DNA from: Phycisphaerae bacterium
GTDB lineage: Bacteria; Planctomycetota; Phycisphaerae; UBA1845; Fen-1342
DNA length: 64,000 nucleotides
Assembly: GCA_050115495.1 (NCBI GenBank)
Contig: JASFQK010000002.1
Coordinates: 1 to 64,000 of the forward strand
Direction: 5' to 3'
The notes beneath the pieces were generated by a model that ran no database searches, had not been told where the DNA came from, and worked only from the letters and a program-made list of their open reading frames with translations. Positions within the stretch are counted from its first letter, which is position 1; the number at the start of each line of letters is the position of its first letter. A program made the translations under genes and the position numbers. Shown here in pieces: positions 9,620 to 19,309 of this stretch.

Positions 9620-10254
9620 GGGTTTGCCTTTCTGGATCGGGTTCGCGGCGGCCGGGCGTGACGGCGCGTGCGGCGAGCCGGTGGTGCTTCGGGCGCGGGG
9701 GGCGGTGTGCCGGCCGCCTGCGACGTCGCAGAGGCCAGCTCCAGCAGAGCGTCGACGCCGTCGCTGCCGAATTGCAGGGCCAGCTCGAAGAGAGTGTTCA
9801 TGGTATTGAGGAAGCGTTCCAGCTCGGCCAACCGCCGGGCGAACGCGGGCACAGTCGCCGGCGCGGTCCCCGCTTCGCCGCCGGGTTCGGGCAGCATGGT
9901 CCGGCAGCGGTGGAGCGTATCGAGGATGGGCTCGACTTCGCGCCGTCGGCGTTCGCGGAGGATGGTCTCGAACATGCGCCAGATGTCGGTGTCGGCCTGG
10001 AAGTACTCCTTGCGGTCGCCGAACTTGTGCACGCGCTGCACGAGCCCCCAGTCGACGAGGCCGCGCAGGTTCATGCTGGCGTTGCCGCGGGAGACGTGCA
10101 GTTGGGCCATGACGTCGTCGGTGCAGAGGGGCTCGCCGCCGGCGAAGAGCAGGGCGTGGATCTCGGCCATGGTGCGGTTGATGCCCCAATAGCCGCCCAT
10201 TTCGCCCCAGCGGCGGATGAAAAGACTCTGGCACTCGTCGAGGGGAGCGGGCAC
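9616..10254 (-). CDS. GbsR/MarR-family (MJ1563-like) transcriptional regulator
   Basis: FIRRWGEMG..WGINRT.AEIHALL, SRGNASMNLRGLVDWGLV, GDRKEYF. Confidence 0.88.
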   Translation of the reverse strand: MPAPLDECQSLFIRRWGEMGGYWGINRTMAEIHALLFAGGEPLCTDDVMAQLHVSRGNASMNLRGLVDWGLVQRVHKFGDRKEYFQADTDIWRMFETILRERRRREVEPILDTLHRCRTMLPEPGGEAGTAPATVPAFARRLAELERFLNTMNTLFELALQFGSDGVDALLELASATSQAAGTPPPAPEAPPARRTRRHARPPRTRSRKANP

Positions 10255-10272
10255 GCGGCACTCCGCGAAGGG

Positions 10273-10317
10273 TTTCAGAACTATCAGAAACTATAGTCCG
10301 CTTGCCGGCCAGGGCAA
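10273..10317 (-). promoter_or_regulatory. Putative GbsR-family operator overlapping a sigma70 promoter
   Basis: Imperfect palindrome TTTCAGAACTATCAGAAA (10273-10290) abuts the minus-strand TTGCCC-N16-TATAGT. Confidence 0.55.
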
Positions 10318-10338
10318 GGCCGGCGGGGGTCGGCGCGC

Positions 10339-10366
10339 TTGATCCCACAGGGGCAGCGTCCATAAT
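10339..10366 (+). promoter_or_regulatory. sigma70-like promoter for the tssJ operon
   Basis: TTGATC-N16-CATAAT upstream of a GGAG RBS and the ATG at 10435. Confidence 0.45.
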
Positions 10367-10434
10367 GCCCGCAGAGAGTCCGGTTACCGGACTGCCGGCC
10401 CGGAGCGAGTGTGCACATCAACATGGAGACAGCC

Positions 10435-10992
10435 ATGAAGGGTAGCGGCGTATGTTGCGTGGCGATGGCAGCCCTGCTGCTGGGAGGCGTCGGCTGCGGG
10501 CACTACACGATCACGTTCCAGGTGGAGGACGTCATCAATGACGGGGGCAAGGGCGACAGCGCCGCCGAGCAGCTCAACGTCGACGTGGTCTGCCTGACCA
10601 AGAAGGACGCGGCCGACTTTCCCGAACTGGCCGACGGCACCTGGTGGTCCCGCGACTGGTTCGCCGCCCGCGACCAGAATGACCAGCGCCTGCGCAAGCT
10701 CGATAAGCGCATCTTCGCCCTGCGCAACGGGCAGCCCGGCCCGCACGATACGCTCAAGGGGCCGCCGCTCGTGTCCGGCCGCCGCACCGACCGCCACGAG
10801 TTCTCGATCTCCTTCCAGCATCCGCAGTCGCTGGCGTCGGAGTCGGCCATCGTCATCTACGGCCGCTTCCATGACGGCAAGGGCGGCATTCTCAATACGC
10901 AGCCGGTGTTGATCCACCCCTTGCCCGCGTGGGACAAGGAAATCGTCATCGGCGTCGGTCGCACCGGACTCGAACGTCTGGCCGACCGCTAG
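10435..10992 (+). CDS. tssJ: Lipoprotein, probable divergent T6SS TssJ
   Basis: Signal peptide ending in GVGC lipobox; VEDVINDGG..QLNVDVVCL resembles the TssJ N..pl.v.v..L pattern; directly upstream of tssK. Confidence 0.55.
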   Translation: MKGSGVCCVAMAALLLGGVGCGHYTITFQVEDVINDGGKGDSAAEQLNVDVVCLTKKDAADFPELADGTWWSRDWFAARDQNDQRLRKLDKRIFALRNGQPGPHDTLKGPPLVSGRRTDRHEFSISFQHPQSLASESAIVIYGRFHDGKGGILNTQPVLIHPLPAWDKEIVIGVGRTGLERLADR

Positions 10993-11122
10993 TTGCGGCG
11001 GCGGTGATCGTCGGTCGGCGCTGTTCGCGGGCTGCCGGTCTGTTAGAATGTCGGTCTGTGGACCTGTCGGGCCGGTGTTGAGTCGGCCGTGGCTCTGCGG
11101 CTGCGGCGAGCAGGGATGATCC

Positions 11123-12487
11123 ATGAGATTCTGGCCGGAAGTACATTGGTCCGAGGGGCAGTTCCTTCGGCCACATCACTTGCAGGCCGCGTTCCGGCAG
11201 ATCGAGACCGGGCGAGCGGCGGCGGTCGACGGTATTCATGCCTACGCCCGCGGTTTCCTGTCGCTGGACCTGGCTCACGACGCTATCGAGAACGGGCTGA
11301 TCGAGATTCGCTCCTGCGAATTGCGCCTGCGGGACGGCACGCACGTTGTTGTCCCGGAGAACTGCACGCTGCCGCCGCGTGAGGTGAAGGGCGTGCTCGA
11401 TAAATCGCCCGGGCCGGTCGACGTCTACGTCGGCGTGCCGCAGGTACAGGCCGTGCGGCCGAACGTGCTCGTTCCCGGCGAAGAGATTGAAGGGCGCAGT
11501 CCGCGCTACGCCATCGACCTGATGGAGCGCTACGACGAGAACACCGGCGACAACCCGCAATCGGTGGAGGTACGCCGGTTGCGCGGGGCGGTCTTCCTCG
11601 GCGAGGAGGACCGCGCCGGTTTCGAGTGCGTGCGGTTGGGCCGGCTGGAACGCTCGGCGGCCGGACCGCGGCTGGTTGACAAGGTCGTGCCGCCGCTGCT
11701 GCGCATGCAGGCCTGGGGTCCGCTGTGCACGGCGGTGGACGTGCTGTGGAACGACATCCGAGCCCGGATGGAGCAGTTGGGGGCCGACGCCGCGGGCCGC
11801 GGGCTGACCTTCGCCACGGCGTCGCCGGGGGATATGGAGCAGCTTCTCAAGCTCCAGGCGCTCAACGAGCTGACCGTGCGTTTCGGGATTCTGGCGAGCT
11901 CGCCGGAACTGCACCCGCACGCGCTGTACGAGACCCTGTGTGCGGGGATTGCCCGGGTGGCGCTGTGGGACGACCTGCGGCGTCCGCGGGACCTGCCGGC
12001 GTACGACCACGACGACTGCGGCCCGGTGTTCGACGAGTTGGTGCGTTACCTGCGGGCCCTGGTCAACGGCATGCTGCCGCGCGACTACGTCGAGCGGCCG
12101 TTTGAGGCGAAGGATGGCGGGTACGGGGTAGAGCTCGACGCCGAGTGGTTCAGCCCGAACTACGAGCTGTACCTGGGGATCCGCGGTTCGATGCAGCTCG
12201 AGGAGATCCTGGCCCTGTTCCGGGCGATCAACTTCAAGCTGGCCTCGCCGCGGGACGCGACGGAGGTGTTCCGCCGGCGGCTGCCGGGTCTGGAGTTCCG
12301 CAGCGCCGGGGCGGTGGCCAATCTGCCGAAGAGCAGTGATCAGTTCTACTTCCGCGTGGCGCGCACGGCGCCGTACTGGGAGCACTGCGAGCGGGAACGC
12401 GGCATCTTCATCTGCATGCCGCCCGCAGACATGCCCAAGCTGGCGGCGCTGCGGCTTTCGCTGTTCGCGGTCAAGCTGCGAGGCTGA
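11123..12487 (+). CDS. tssK: Type VI secretion baseplate-membrane complex connector TssK
   Basis: VHWSEGQFLRPHHLQ, VVPPLL, LHPHALY, LPAYDHDDCGPVF, LPGL motifs. Confidence 0.92.
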   Translation: MRFWPEVHWSEGQFLRPHHLQAAFRQIETGRAAAVDGIHAYARGFLSLDLAHDAIENGLIEIRSCELRLRDGTHVVVPENCTLPPREVKGVLDKSPGPVDVYVGVPQVQAVRPNVLVPGEEIEGRSPRYAIDLMERYDENTGDNPQSVEVRRLRGAVFLGEEDRAGFECVRLGRLERSAAGPRLVDKVVPPLLRMQAWGPLCTAVDVLWNDIRARMEQLGADAAGRGLTFATASPGDMEQLLKLQALNELTVRFGILASSPELHPHALYETLCAGIARVALWDDLRRPRDLPAYDHDDCGPVFDELVRYLRALVNGMLPRDYVERPFEAKDGGYGVELDAEWFSPNYELYLGIRGSMQLEEILALFRAINFKLASPRDATEVFRRRLPGLEFRSAGAVANLPKSSDQFYFRVARTAPYWEHCERERGIFICMPPADMPKLAALRLSLFAVKLRG

Positions 12488-12514
12488 GGCGTGCCCGTCC
12501 GCGGCTGAGGAGGA

Positions 12515-13318
12515 ATGGGCTTGGCGACGACGGTATACGATCTGGCGATCGAGGTGGTGCTGTACCTCGTGGCCTTTCAGCGGCGCGCGGCCGAGGGCGA
12601 GAGCCCCAGCTACGCCGATGCGCGGGCGGAGGTGCTGAACCTGCTGGGCGACCTCGATCAGCGCAGCCACGGCGAAGCCGGGCTGTTCGACCACTGGGCC
12701 AAGGCCCGGGTCCCGCTGGTCTACCTGATCGACGAGGTGATGATCCTCAACTGCCCGTGGGACCATCGCAACGAGTGGGCCAACGACTGCCTCGAAGTGA
12801 CGTTGCTCGGGCATCCCGAGGCCCTCGGCGGCGAGAACTTCTACACCGAGTGCGACGAGGCCCTGCGCCAGTTCGAGCTGGCCGAGCGGCACGAGCGCCG
12901 CGACTACGAGGCGAGCGTCGAGGTGCTGATGATCTTCTACGTGGCCCTGCAAACCGGGTTCAAGGGCCGCTACGCGCTCGATCTTGACGCCTGGCGTGAA
13001 TACAAGGCGCACCTGTTCGCCAAGCTGCCGGCCTACGCCCAGACGCGGGCCCGGCAGTTCTTCCCCGAGACCGAGCAGCACACCGTGCAACTCGACCCGA
13101 ACTATGAGCCGGTGATGCGGCTGCTCTACGTGTTCCTGGCGTTCCTCTTCATCGTCGCCCTCTACTTCGGAGCGACGTGGGGCTACTGGAGCTCCATGGT
13201 CGGCGAGCTTCAGGGCTATACCGACCCCGAGAACGGATCGGCCGTCATCGATGAAGCCACCGCCGAGGAGCTGACCGCCCGGGAGCGGCCGGCCACCGAC
13301 GTCGACGGGACCAACTGA
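12515..13318 (+). CDS. tssL: Type VI secretion TssL/DotU inner-membrane protein
   Basis: LVYLIDEV, W....LE, GGENFY, FYVALQTGFKGRY; C-terminal TM helix; no OmpA-like domain. Confidence 0.88.
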   Translation: MGLATTVYDLAIEVVLYLVAFQRRAAEGESPSYADARAEVLNLLGDLDQRSHGEAGLFDHWAKARVPLVYLIDEVMILNCPWDHRNEWANDCLEVTLLGHPEALGGENFYTECDEALRQFELAERHERRDYEASVEVLMIFYVALQTGFKGRYALDLDAWREYKAHLFAKLPAYAQTRARQFFPETEQHTVQLDPNYEPVMRLLYVFLAFLFIVALYFGATWGYWSSMVGELQGYTDPENGSAVIDEATAEELTARERPATDVDGTN

Positions 13319-13372
13319 TCGAGCTTCCCGGGCCGCGCCCGGCGGGCCGGCCCGCTGCGGGAGACCGCCAAC

Positions 13373-16300
13373 ATGACCAGCATGAACTCCGTGCTCCAGA
13401 AGTTCTTCAACCTGCCGCCGGCGGTGCGCATGGCACTGGCGGTGGCCGGCTTCGGTTCGATGGCGTCGATCATCTACTTCCTGCTGCCGGCCCTGCGAAC
13501 GAAGCAGGGGCGGATCTGGCTGTTGATCATCGCCGGCTGCGCCCTGGTGCTGGTGCTGCTGATCTGGGGACTGCGGCGGCTGTTTTTCGGGCGCAAGTCC
13601 TCGAAGCTGGCCGGGGCCCTCGAGTCGCAGGGGCCGACGCGTGGCGACATCGCCGAGCAGGAGCAGGTTTACCGCACTAAGTTCCAGGGCAAGCTGGCCG
13701 AGCTGAAGGCCAACGGCCTGTCGGTCTACCGCCTGCCCTGGTTCGTGCTGGTCGGTGAGCCCGGCTGCGGCAAGACGGCGAGCCTGATCCACTCGGGCCT
13801 GGACTTCCCGCTGGGCAAGGACGAAGTGCCCGGCTTCGGCGGCACGCGCAACTACAACTGGTGGTTCACCAACGACGCCGTCATTCTCGACACTGCCGGC
13901 CGCATCGCGTTTCAGGAAGAGGGCACCACGGACAAGGTCGAGTGGGAGTTTTTCCTGAAGCTGCTGAAGCACAACCGCCAGCGCTGCCCGATCAACGGCG
14001 TGATCATCGCGCTGCCGGCGGACAAGCTGCTGCGCGACACGTCCGAGGAGCGGGCCCAGAAGGCGACGATTCTCCGCGAGCGGCTGCGCCAGGTGCACCA
14101 GACCCTCGGCGTGCGCTTCCCGACGTCGGTGCTGGTCACCAAGATGGACCTGGTGGGCGGCTTCGGCGAGTTCTTCGAGGAGATTCGCGTCGACTTGCAG
14201 CAGCGCAACCAGATGTTCGGCTGGTCGCGCCCGGGCGAGTTCCAGGACCCATACGAGCCGTCGGGCTTCGGCGAGTCCTTTGACCTGGTGTACCGCCGGC
14301 TGCGCGACTGGTCGATGCGCTACCTGCAGCGCAAGGCGACGGAGGAGGAGCTGGGGCTGGTGGTGACCTTCCCCGAGGCCTTCCGGGAATTGCGTGAGCC
14401 GCTGAACGACTACATCGGCACGATCTTCCAGAAGAGCCCGTTGCTCGAGCCGCCGTTCTTCCGCGGGTTCTACTTCACGTCGGCCGTGCAGGAGGGGGCG
14501 CCGATCTTCGACGTGTTCAGCCGCGGACGGAAGGGCGTGACCATCCCCGAGCGGCCGACGCGTGCGGTGGACTCGAAGGCGTTCTTCATCCACGACCTCT
14601 ACGAGCGCAAGGTCTTCCCCGAGTCGGGCCTGGTGTTCCGCTCGGCCCAGCACGTGACCCTCAACCGCCGGATGCGCCGCCTGGTCTGGGTGGGCACGGT
14701 GGGGGTGTTGCTGGCGATGATCGCCCTGTTCACGTTCGGCTTCTTCGGCGTGGGCGAACTGGTGAACGGGCCGAAGGTGGATTGCGCGCGGGCCGTGGAG
14801 CGGATCGAGCAGGCCGCCAAGGAACCGGCGTCGTACGCGGCGCTGGCGGACAACCTGAAGCTGGCCCAGCAACTGGAACAGCACTATCGGGCGTACGATC
14901 GTTCGTTTACCTGGCTGCGAGCCCGGGCCCTGTTCATCGGGGCGAACATCGATGTGCCGCGGCAGGACGTGCGGTTGGTGCATGCCCGTTTCGTGTTGGA
15001 TACCGTACTCGCCCCCGTCCTGCGCGAGGCTGGCAAGCGGTTGCAGTCGCCGGAGGAGCTGGTTCGCGGGCCGCAGAGCTACGATCGTTACGTCGCCGCA
15101 GCGAGCGTCTACGCCCGCTGGTACGCGGCACTGGTCGGCACCGCGCACGTCGAGGCTCTGACCGAGACCGAGGCCGAACGTTGCGGCCGCGAACTGGGCC
15201 AGTTGCTCGATTTCCTCGAAGCGGACGGACCCACGCGGGAGGGGGCGGTGGCCCAGCTCACCGCGGCCCTGAGCTCGCTGGCGGCACCGTCCCGCGCCTT
15301 CGGCCCCGAGATTCTGGCCGGCACGCTCGACCTCAAGCCCGACGACCTCACCGCCGTGCTCACGACCGTCGTGACCAATCTTCGCGAGCACTGGTTGCCG
15401 CTGACCCGCCTCGAGCCCGCCCAGGACCCGTTCCTGAGCTACTGGCTCGGCGTCACCAGCCGCATCCAGGATTTGCAGAAGGTCTACAACGAGACGCTTC
15501 AGCTCGGCCCGCGCTTCCAGGACCCGGCGACCTACGGCGAGGCCGTGCAGCGCTTCGAGCTGCTCACCGACGGCGTCGAGTTCCTCGGCGACTACAAGAG
15601 CGAGCCACCGCCGGACACGCTGGCCCGGGCCTGGTACAACCTGCGCGTCTTCCTGGTCGACAACGAGGTGCCACAGACTGAGACCAAGACCATCTTGCGC
15701 TTCGCTGATCAGTTGACCGCAGTGAAGGGCGAATGGGACACCGGCTTCGCCCCGCTGCTCGACGCCCTGCACGCGGCGTCGCTGCGTGAGAACGCTCCGC
15801 CGCAGGAGCGCGTCTACGATGCCGTGGCCGAGGCGAAGAACACGCTGGCCCGCAGCTACCAGCAGAGTTGGGACGACATTATGGCCCGGCTCGGCATCCC
15901 CGCCGACCAAGAGCTCGTCGGCTACTGTACGGGCGATCTGGGCCTGCTGAAGCTCGACGAGTTCAGCGACACAAACCGCTCATTCAACGCTCCGAAGGCG
16001 TCCGTGCAGTTGGTGTCGCAGCCGTTCGGACGCAACAAGGAGTTGCGGCAATACCTGCTGGAGCTGCGCGAGACGATCAGTGCCGGTGCAACCGGCGGCG
16101 AGCTCGGCCCGCTGACCGAATGGCCGTCGCTGCTGACCACCGGTCAGGGCGGCATGCCCCGCGGCGAGATGCTGAACAACTGGTTCACCAAGGCGCAGCG
16201 CGCCGGGCACCACCCGAGCGACGAGACCATCTTGCAGACTTCGGGGCTCGTCGAGCAGCCCTTCTGGCGGCCGGCGGAGCTGTATTCCCTCGCCGACGCG

Positions 16301-18214
16301 ACGTGGCTGGGCTACCAGCGGAATTCGATCGGCGCGGTGCTGACCCGCATGCAGCAGGCGTGCGACGGTGCCACGGCGGCGGACAAGCTGCCCGGCCTGG
16401 CCCGGTTGATGCCGGGGTTCGATCAAACCGTCGACGATCTGCCCTTCCGCCGGGTCGAGCTCGAAGGTGCCGCGGCGGAGAAACCCGCCGAGCCCGCCAC
16501 GGAGCAACCGCCGCCGGCGGAGGAAGAAGAGGACGAAGACTGGCGACGGCCGCGCCGGGCTCCGGCGCCGGCGGAGGTGACACCGGCTGCGGAAGAGCCC
16601 GTCGAGCCGGACCAGGAGCGTTCGGCGCTGGTGCGCTACCACACGCGCGATTTCCTCGCCGACACGTTGCGAGCCTATTACGACGTGCACGCGTCGATGG
16701 CCGCGCTCGGCCAGCGCGGTGAGCCCGCCATCGCCGTCCTCGACAGGGCGGCCGACGCCTACATCGACCACTACTTCCTCGACTGGAACGGCGTCTACGA
16801 CGACTACATGACGCTGCTCGACGAGGAGACGCTGCGTTTGCTGCGGGCCTGCCAGCAGGGCGAGTACGACTGGCCCCGCTTCCAGGAGGCGATCAGCAAG
16901 AAGGGCCGCGATATCGCCAGGGAGCTCGGCCTGCGTTTCGAGGCCATGGTGCGCGAGGTGGTGCTCTTCCAGGACGCGCTCGGTGAGGGCGACCGCGGCA
17001 ATGCGCTGTTCGACCGCGTGGCCGAGCGCCTGAAGCAGTTGGGTCCCCAGCACGATCTCCAGCGCCGGCTCGAAGACATCGGCCGTCGAACGCGCGACGT
17101 CCGTCGTGGCGACGACGCGGAGCGTGTCCTCGGACAGGGCTACTATGACGCCTGGAACACCTACGTGAAGCAGGTGAAGGGCTTCGGCGAGGCGCCCGGC
17201 GCCAAGGCGCCGCCCAATCGCGCGAAGCTCCGCGCCGACCTCGAGGAATTGCTCCGCCCACGGCGGATGCAGCTCGAGGACTTCCGGCTGACCAGCCCGC
17301 TGCTGGACATCGCCGCCTATGGCGAGGTTTTGCTGGCCAACCATCTGGATCGCCAGTTGGCCACGCTGTTCGAACCGGTACGCGAGCACTACCCGTTTGT
17401 GGCAGACGCTCGCGATGAAGCGCCGTTCGAGCGGCTGGGGCGGCTGGCTGAAGGCGCCGCGTCGCCCGGACAGCTTCTCGACCTGCTGCGCCAAGCGGAC
17501 GATTTCCAGCGGGAGCACGGCGAACTGCTACGGGCGTTGCACCCGGATAGCGGGCACAACTCGATCCGCGTGCTGGACCAGTGCGCGGCCTGGGTCGCGT
17601 TCCTGTACGGGGCCGACGCTGGGCGCCTGCACAACGATCAGCCGTTGCCATTGAAGGTGAAGTGGGCCATCTCGAAGCACGAGGGCACGGCTTCCGCCGG
17701 CAGCGTCTACACGAACGTGACCATCACGCTGCCGCTGCTCACACAGGGCGGACGCGAGGCGGCCGGATCAATCGACTCCGACGTCCGCAGCGGCTTCGGC
17801 GAATCGCTGCCGCCGAAGGCCATCGACGCGCTGGCCAGCAAGACCGAGTTCGACTATCGCTGGAACCTGTTCGTTGAGCAGAGCTACGCTGCGCCGGGCC
17901 TGCGCGTTTGGGAAAAGAACCCGAACGTCCGGGCCACGTATCCGGATGAGCTCCGCTCGCAGTGGCAACTTCCGGGCAGTGCCGTGTCGCTGCTGCTGCT
18001 GATCGGGGCCGACCCGGCCAACCGCATCAACGGCGAGCAATGGACGATTCCCGTGCTGCTGGAGGCGGCCGACGAGAAGATCGGTTTCGATTTCGCGATC
18101 CAGTTCGAGCGGACCTTCCCCGGCCCCTGCGCGCCGATGGCGGACCCGGGAGCACCGCCGAAGATGACCGCGGCCGACCGCTACTTGCAGGTGGAGCCGG
18201 GCCGCAGGCCGTAA
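13373..18214 (+). CDS. tssM: Type VI secretion TssM/IcmF with extended periplasmic region
   Basis: Two N-terminal TMs; YRLPWFVLVGEPGCGKT, NWWFTNDAVILDTAG, PINGVIIA, TKMDL, FRGFYFTSAVQEG; third TM near aa 440. Confidence 0.93.
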   Translation: MTSMNSVLQKFFNLPPAVRMALAVAGFGSMASIIYFLLPALRTKQGRIWLLIIAGCALVLVLLIWGLRRLFFGRKSSKLAGALESQGPTRGDIAEQEQVYRTKFQGKLAELKANGLSVYRLPWFVLVGEPGCGKTASLIHSGLDFPLGKDEVPGFGGTRNYNWWFTNDAVILDTAGRIAFQEEGTTDKVEWEFFLKLLKHNRQRCPINGVIIALPADKLLRDTSEERAQKATILRERLRQVHQTLGVRFPTSVLVTKMDLVGGFGEFFEEIRVDLQQRNQMFGWSRPGEFQDPYEPSGFGESFDLVYRRLRDWSMRYLQRKATEEELGLVVTFPEAFRELREPLNDYIGTIFQKSPLLEPPFFRGFYFTSAVQEGAPIFDVFSRGRKGVTIPERPTRAVDSKAFFIHDLYERKVFPESGLVFRSAQHVTLNRRMRRLVWVGTVGVLLAMIALFTFGFFGVGELVNGPKVDCARAVERIEQAAKEPASYAALADNLKLAQQLEQHYRAYDRSFTWLRARALFIGANIDVPRQDVRLVHARFVLDTVLAPVLREAGKRLQSPEELVRGPQSYDRYVAAASVYARWYAALVGTAHVEALTETEAERCGRELGQLLDFLEADGPTREGAVAQLTAALSSLAAPSRAFGPEILAGTLDLKPDDLTAVLTTVVTNLREHWLPLTRLEPAQDPFLSYWLGVTSRIQDLQKVYNETLQLGPRFQDPATYGEAVQRFELLTDGVEFLGDYKSEPPPDTLARAWYNLRVFLVDNEVPQTETKTILRFADQLTAVKGEWDTGFAPLLDALHAASLRENAPPQERVYDAVAEAKNTLARSYQQSWDDIMARLGIPADQELVGYCTGDLGLLKLDEFSDTNRSFNAPKASVQLVSQPFGRNKELRQYLLELRETISAGATGGELGPLTEWPSLLTTGQGGMPRGEMLNNWFTKAQRAGHHPSDETILQTSGLVEQPFWRPAELYSLADATWLGYQRNSIGAVLTRMQQACDGATAADKLPGLARLMPGFDQTVDDLPFRRVELEGAAAEKPAEPATEQPPPAEEEEDEDWRRPRRAPAPAEVTPAAEEPVEPDQERSALVRYHTRDFLADTLRAYYDVHASMAALGQRGEPAIAVLDRAADAYIDHYFLDWNGVYDDYMTLLDEETLRLLRACQQGEYDWPRFQEAISKKGRDIARELGLRFEAMVREVVLFQDALGEGDRGNALFDRVAERLKQLGPQHDLQRRLEDIGRRTRDVRRGDDAERVLGQGYYDAWNTYVKQVKGFGEAPGAKAPPNRAKLRADLEELLRPRRMQLEDFRLTSPLLDIAAYGEVLLANHLDRQLATLFEPVREHYPFVADARDEAPFERLGRLAEGAASPGQLLDLLRQADDFQREHGELLRALHPDSGHNSIRVLDQCAAWVAFLYGADAGRLHNDQPLPLKVKWAISKHEGTASAGSVYTNVTITLPLLTQGGREAAGSIDSDVRSGFGESLPPKAIDALASKTEFDYRWNLFVEQSYAAPGLRVWEKNPNVRATYPDELRSQWQLPGSAVSLLLLIGADPANRINGEQWTIPVLLEAADEKIGFDFAIQFERTFPGPCAPMADPGAPPKMTAADRYLQVEPGRRP

Positions 18215-18265
18215 CGACAGGTTCGCCGGCCGGCGAGTGAATCGCGGGGCGGTTGGCAGGAGACT

Positions 18266-19249
18266 ATGAGCCGCGTAGGGCAATTCTTCGGGAAGCTGTT
18301 CGCCGGGCAGTCCGGCTCGCACGGAGCCCTGCTGCGCGCGTACGGCAAGCTGCCGTTCTACGCAGAGTATCGCCGGCTTGAGGTGGCTCCTGGCGTGCCG
18401 ACGGCGTTCTCGCAGTGGCTGGACGAGGGACGGCTGGCCTGGGTGCGCGGCCAGGATGAGGGAGTCCGCGGCACGATGCGGACTTCGCGGATCGCCCTGC
18501 GTTGGCCGGAGACGCGCGAGTGGGTCGTGGCCAGCGTGTGGGAGAGCCGCGACAGCCTCGGCCGCCAGTTCCCCTTCGCGCTGTTCATCGTCTGTCCGGC
18601 GGACGCGCTGGGCAACGACCGCTTCCAGCGTTGCGTGTCCTGCCTGGCCATCCACGAGGAGTTCGACCGGCTGCACGGCCGGCTGTCGGCGCTCGGCTCG
18701 GGCGGCGACTTCTACCGGCTCTACGCCAAGCTGACGCTGGCCACGCGGCTGGACGACCTGGCCGCGCGCACGCGTGCCCTCGCCGCCCAGGCTCGCCAGA
18801 TCACGCTCACAGAGTGGTTCTCGCAGACCGGTCTGAGCGGCATGCAACCGGGGGCGTGGTTCGGCGGACTGCTGCGCCGGGCCGGCCGCTGGGTCGGACA
18901 GGCCGGCGCGGCCGGCGACCTAGCCCTGAGCTGCCCGCTGGCCCGCGGTACGCCCTACGGCATGCAGGCCCTGCTGTGGCTCGAATGGCTCTCCTCGCTG
19001 CGCCCGTTCCACAAGAGTGAGCCGAGCCTGATTCTGCCCACGGCCAGCGCGCCCGATCCGCCGCGCCTCCAGATCATCTTCCGCAATCTGCTGACCGCCG
19101 ACTTCCAGCTCATGACCACCGACGCCGCCTCGTACGGCTACATCGAGGACTTGGGCCGTCCGCCCGCCGCTGGCGGTGAGGACGACCCGGCCGACGTGGC
19201 CGCGCCGGCCGGCTCACTGCTGGAAGCACTGCTGCGGGCGGGGAGCTGA
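18266..19249 (+). CDS. tagF: T6SS-associated TagF (ImpM/SciT) protein
   Basis: YGKLP..EY, FSQWLDEG, SRDSLGRQFPF motifs; follows tssM. Confidence 0.8.
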   Translation: MSRVGQFFGKLFAGQSGSHGALLRAYGKLPFYAEYRRLEVAPGVPTAFSQWLDEGRLAWVRGQDEGVRGTMRTSRIALRWPETREWVVASVWESRDSLGRQFPFALFIVCPADALGNDRFQRCVSCLAIHEEFDRLHGRLSALGSGGDFYRLYAKLTLATRLDDLAARTRALAAQARQITLTEWFSQTGLSGMQPGAWFGGLLRRAGRWVGQAGAAGDLALSCPLARGTPYGMQALLWLEWLSSLRPFHKSEPSLILPTASAPDPPRLQIIFRNLLTADFQLMTTDAASYGYIEDLGRPPAAGGEDDPADVAAPAGSLLEALLRAGS

Positions 19250-19309
19250 GCGCGCCGCGGCGCGCATCCGCCACCAGCACGATCCCCCAAGTCCTACCGG
19301 CCCCGCTCG

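Noticed and set aside
9086..10363. Apparent 425-aa PyrE with N-terminal extension
   Set aside because: The extension is an off-frame reading of the GbsR-family gene; the true start is at 9619 with an ATGA overlap
10946..15910. 1654-aa minus-strand ORF
   Set aside because: Antisense shadow of tssK-L-M, caused by high GC3 codon bias; no recognisable motifs
12515..18214. Dot/Icm type IVB assignment for DotU/IcmF
   Set aside because: The adjacent TssK and TagF are T6SS-specific, and no other dot/icm genes are present
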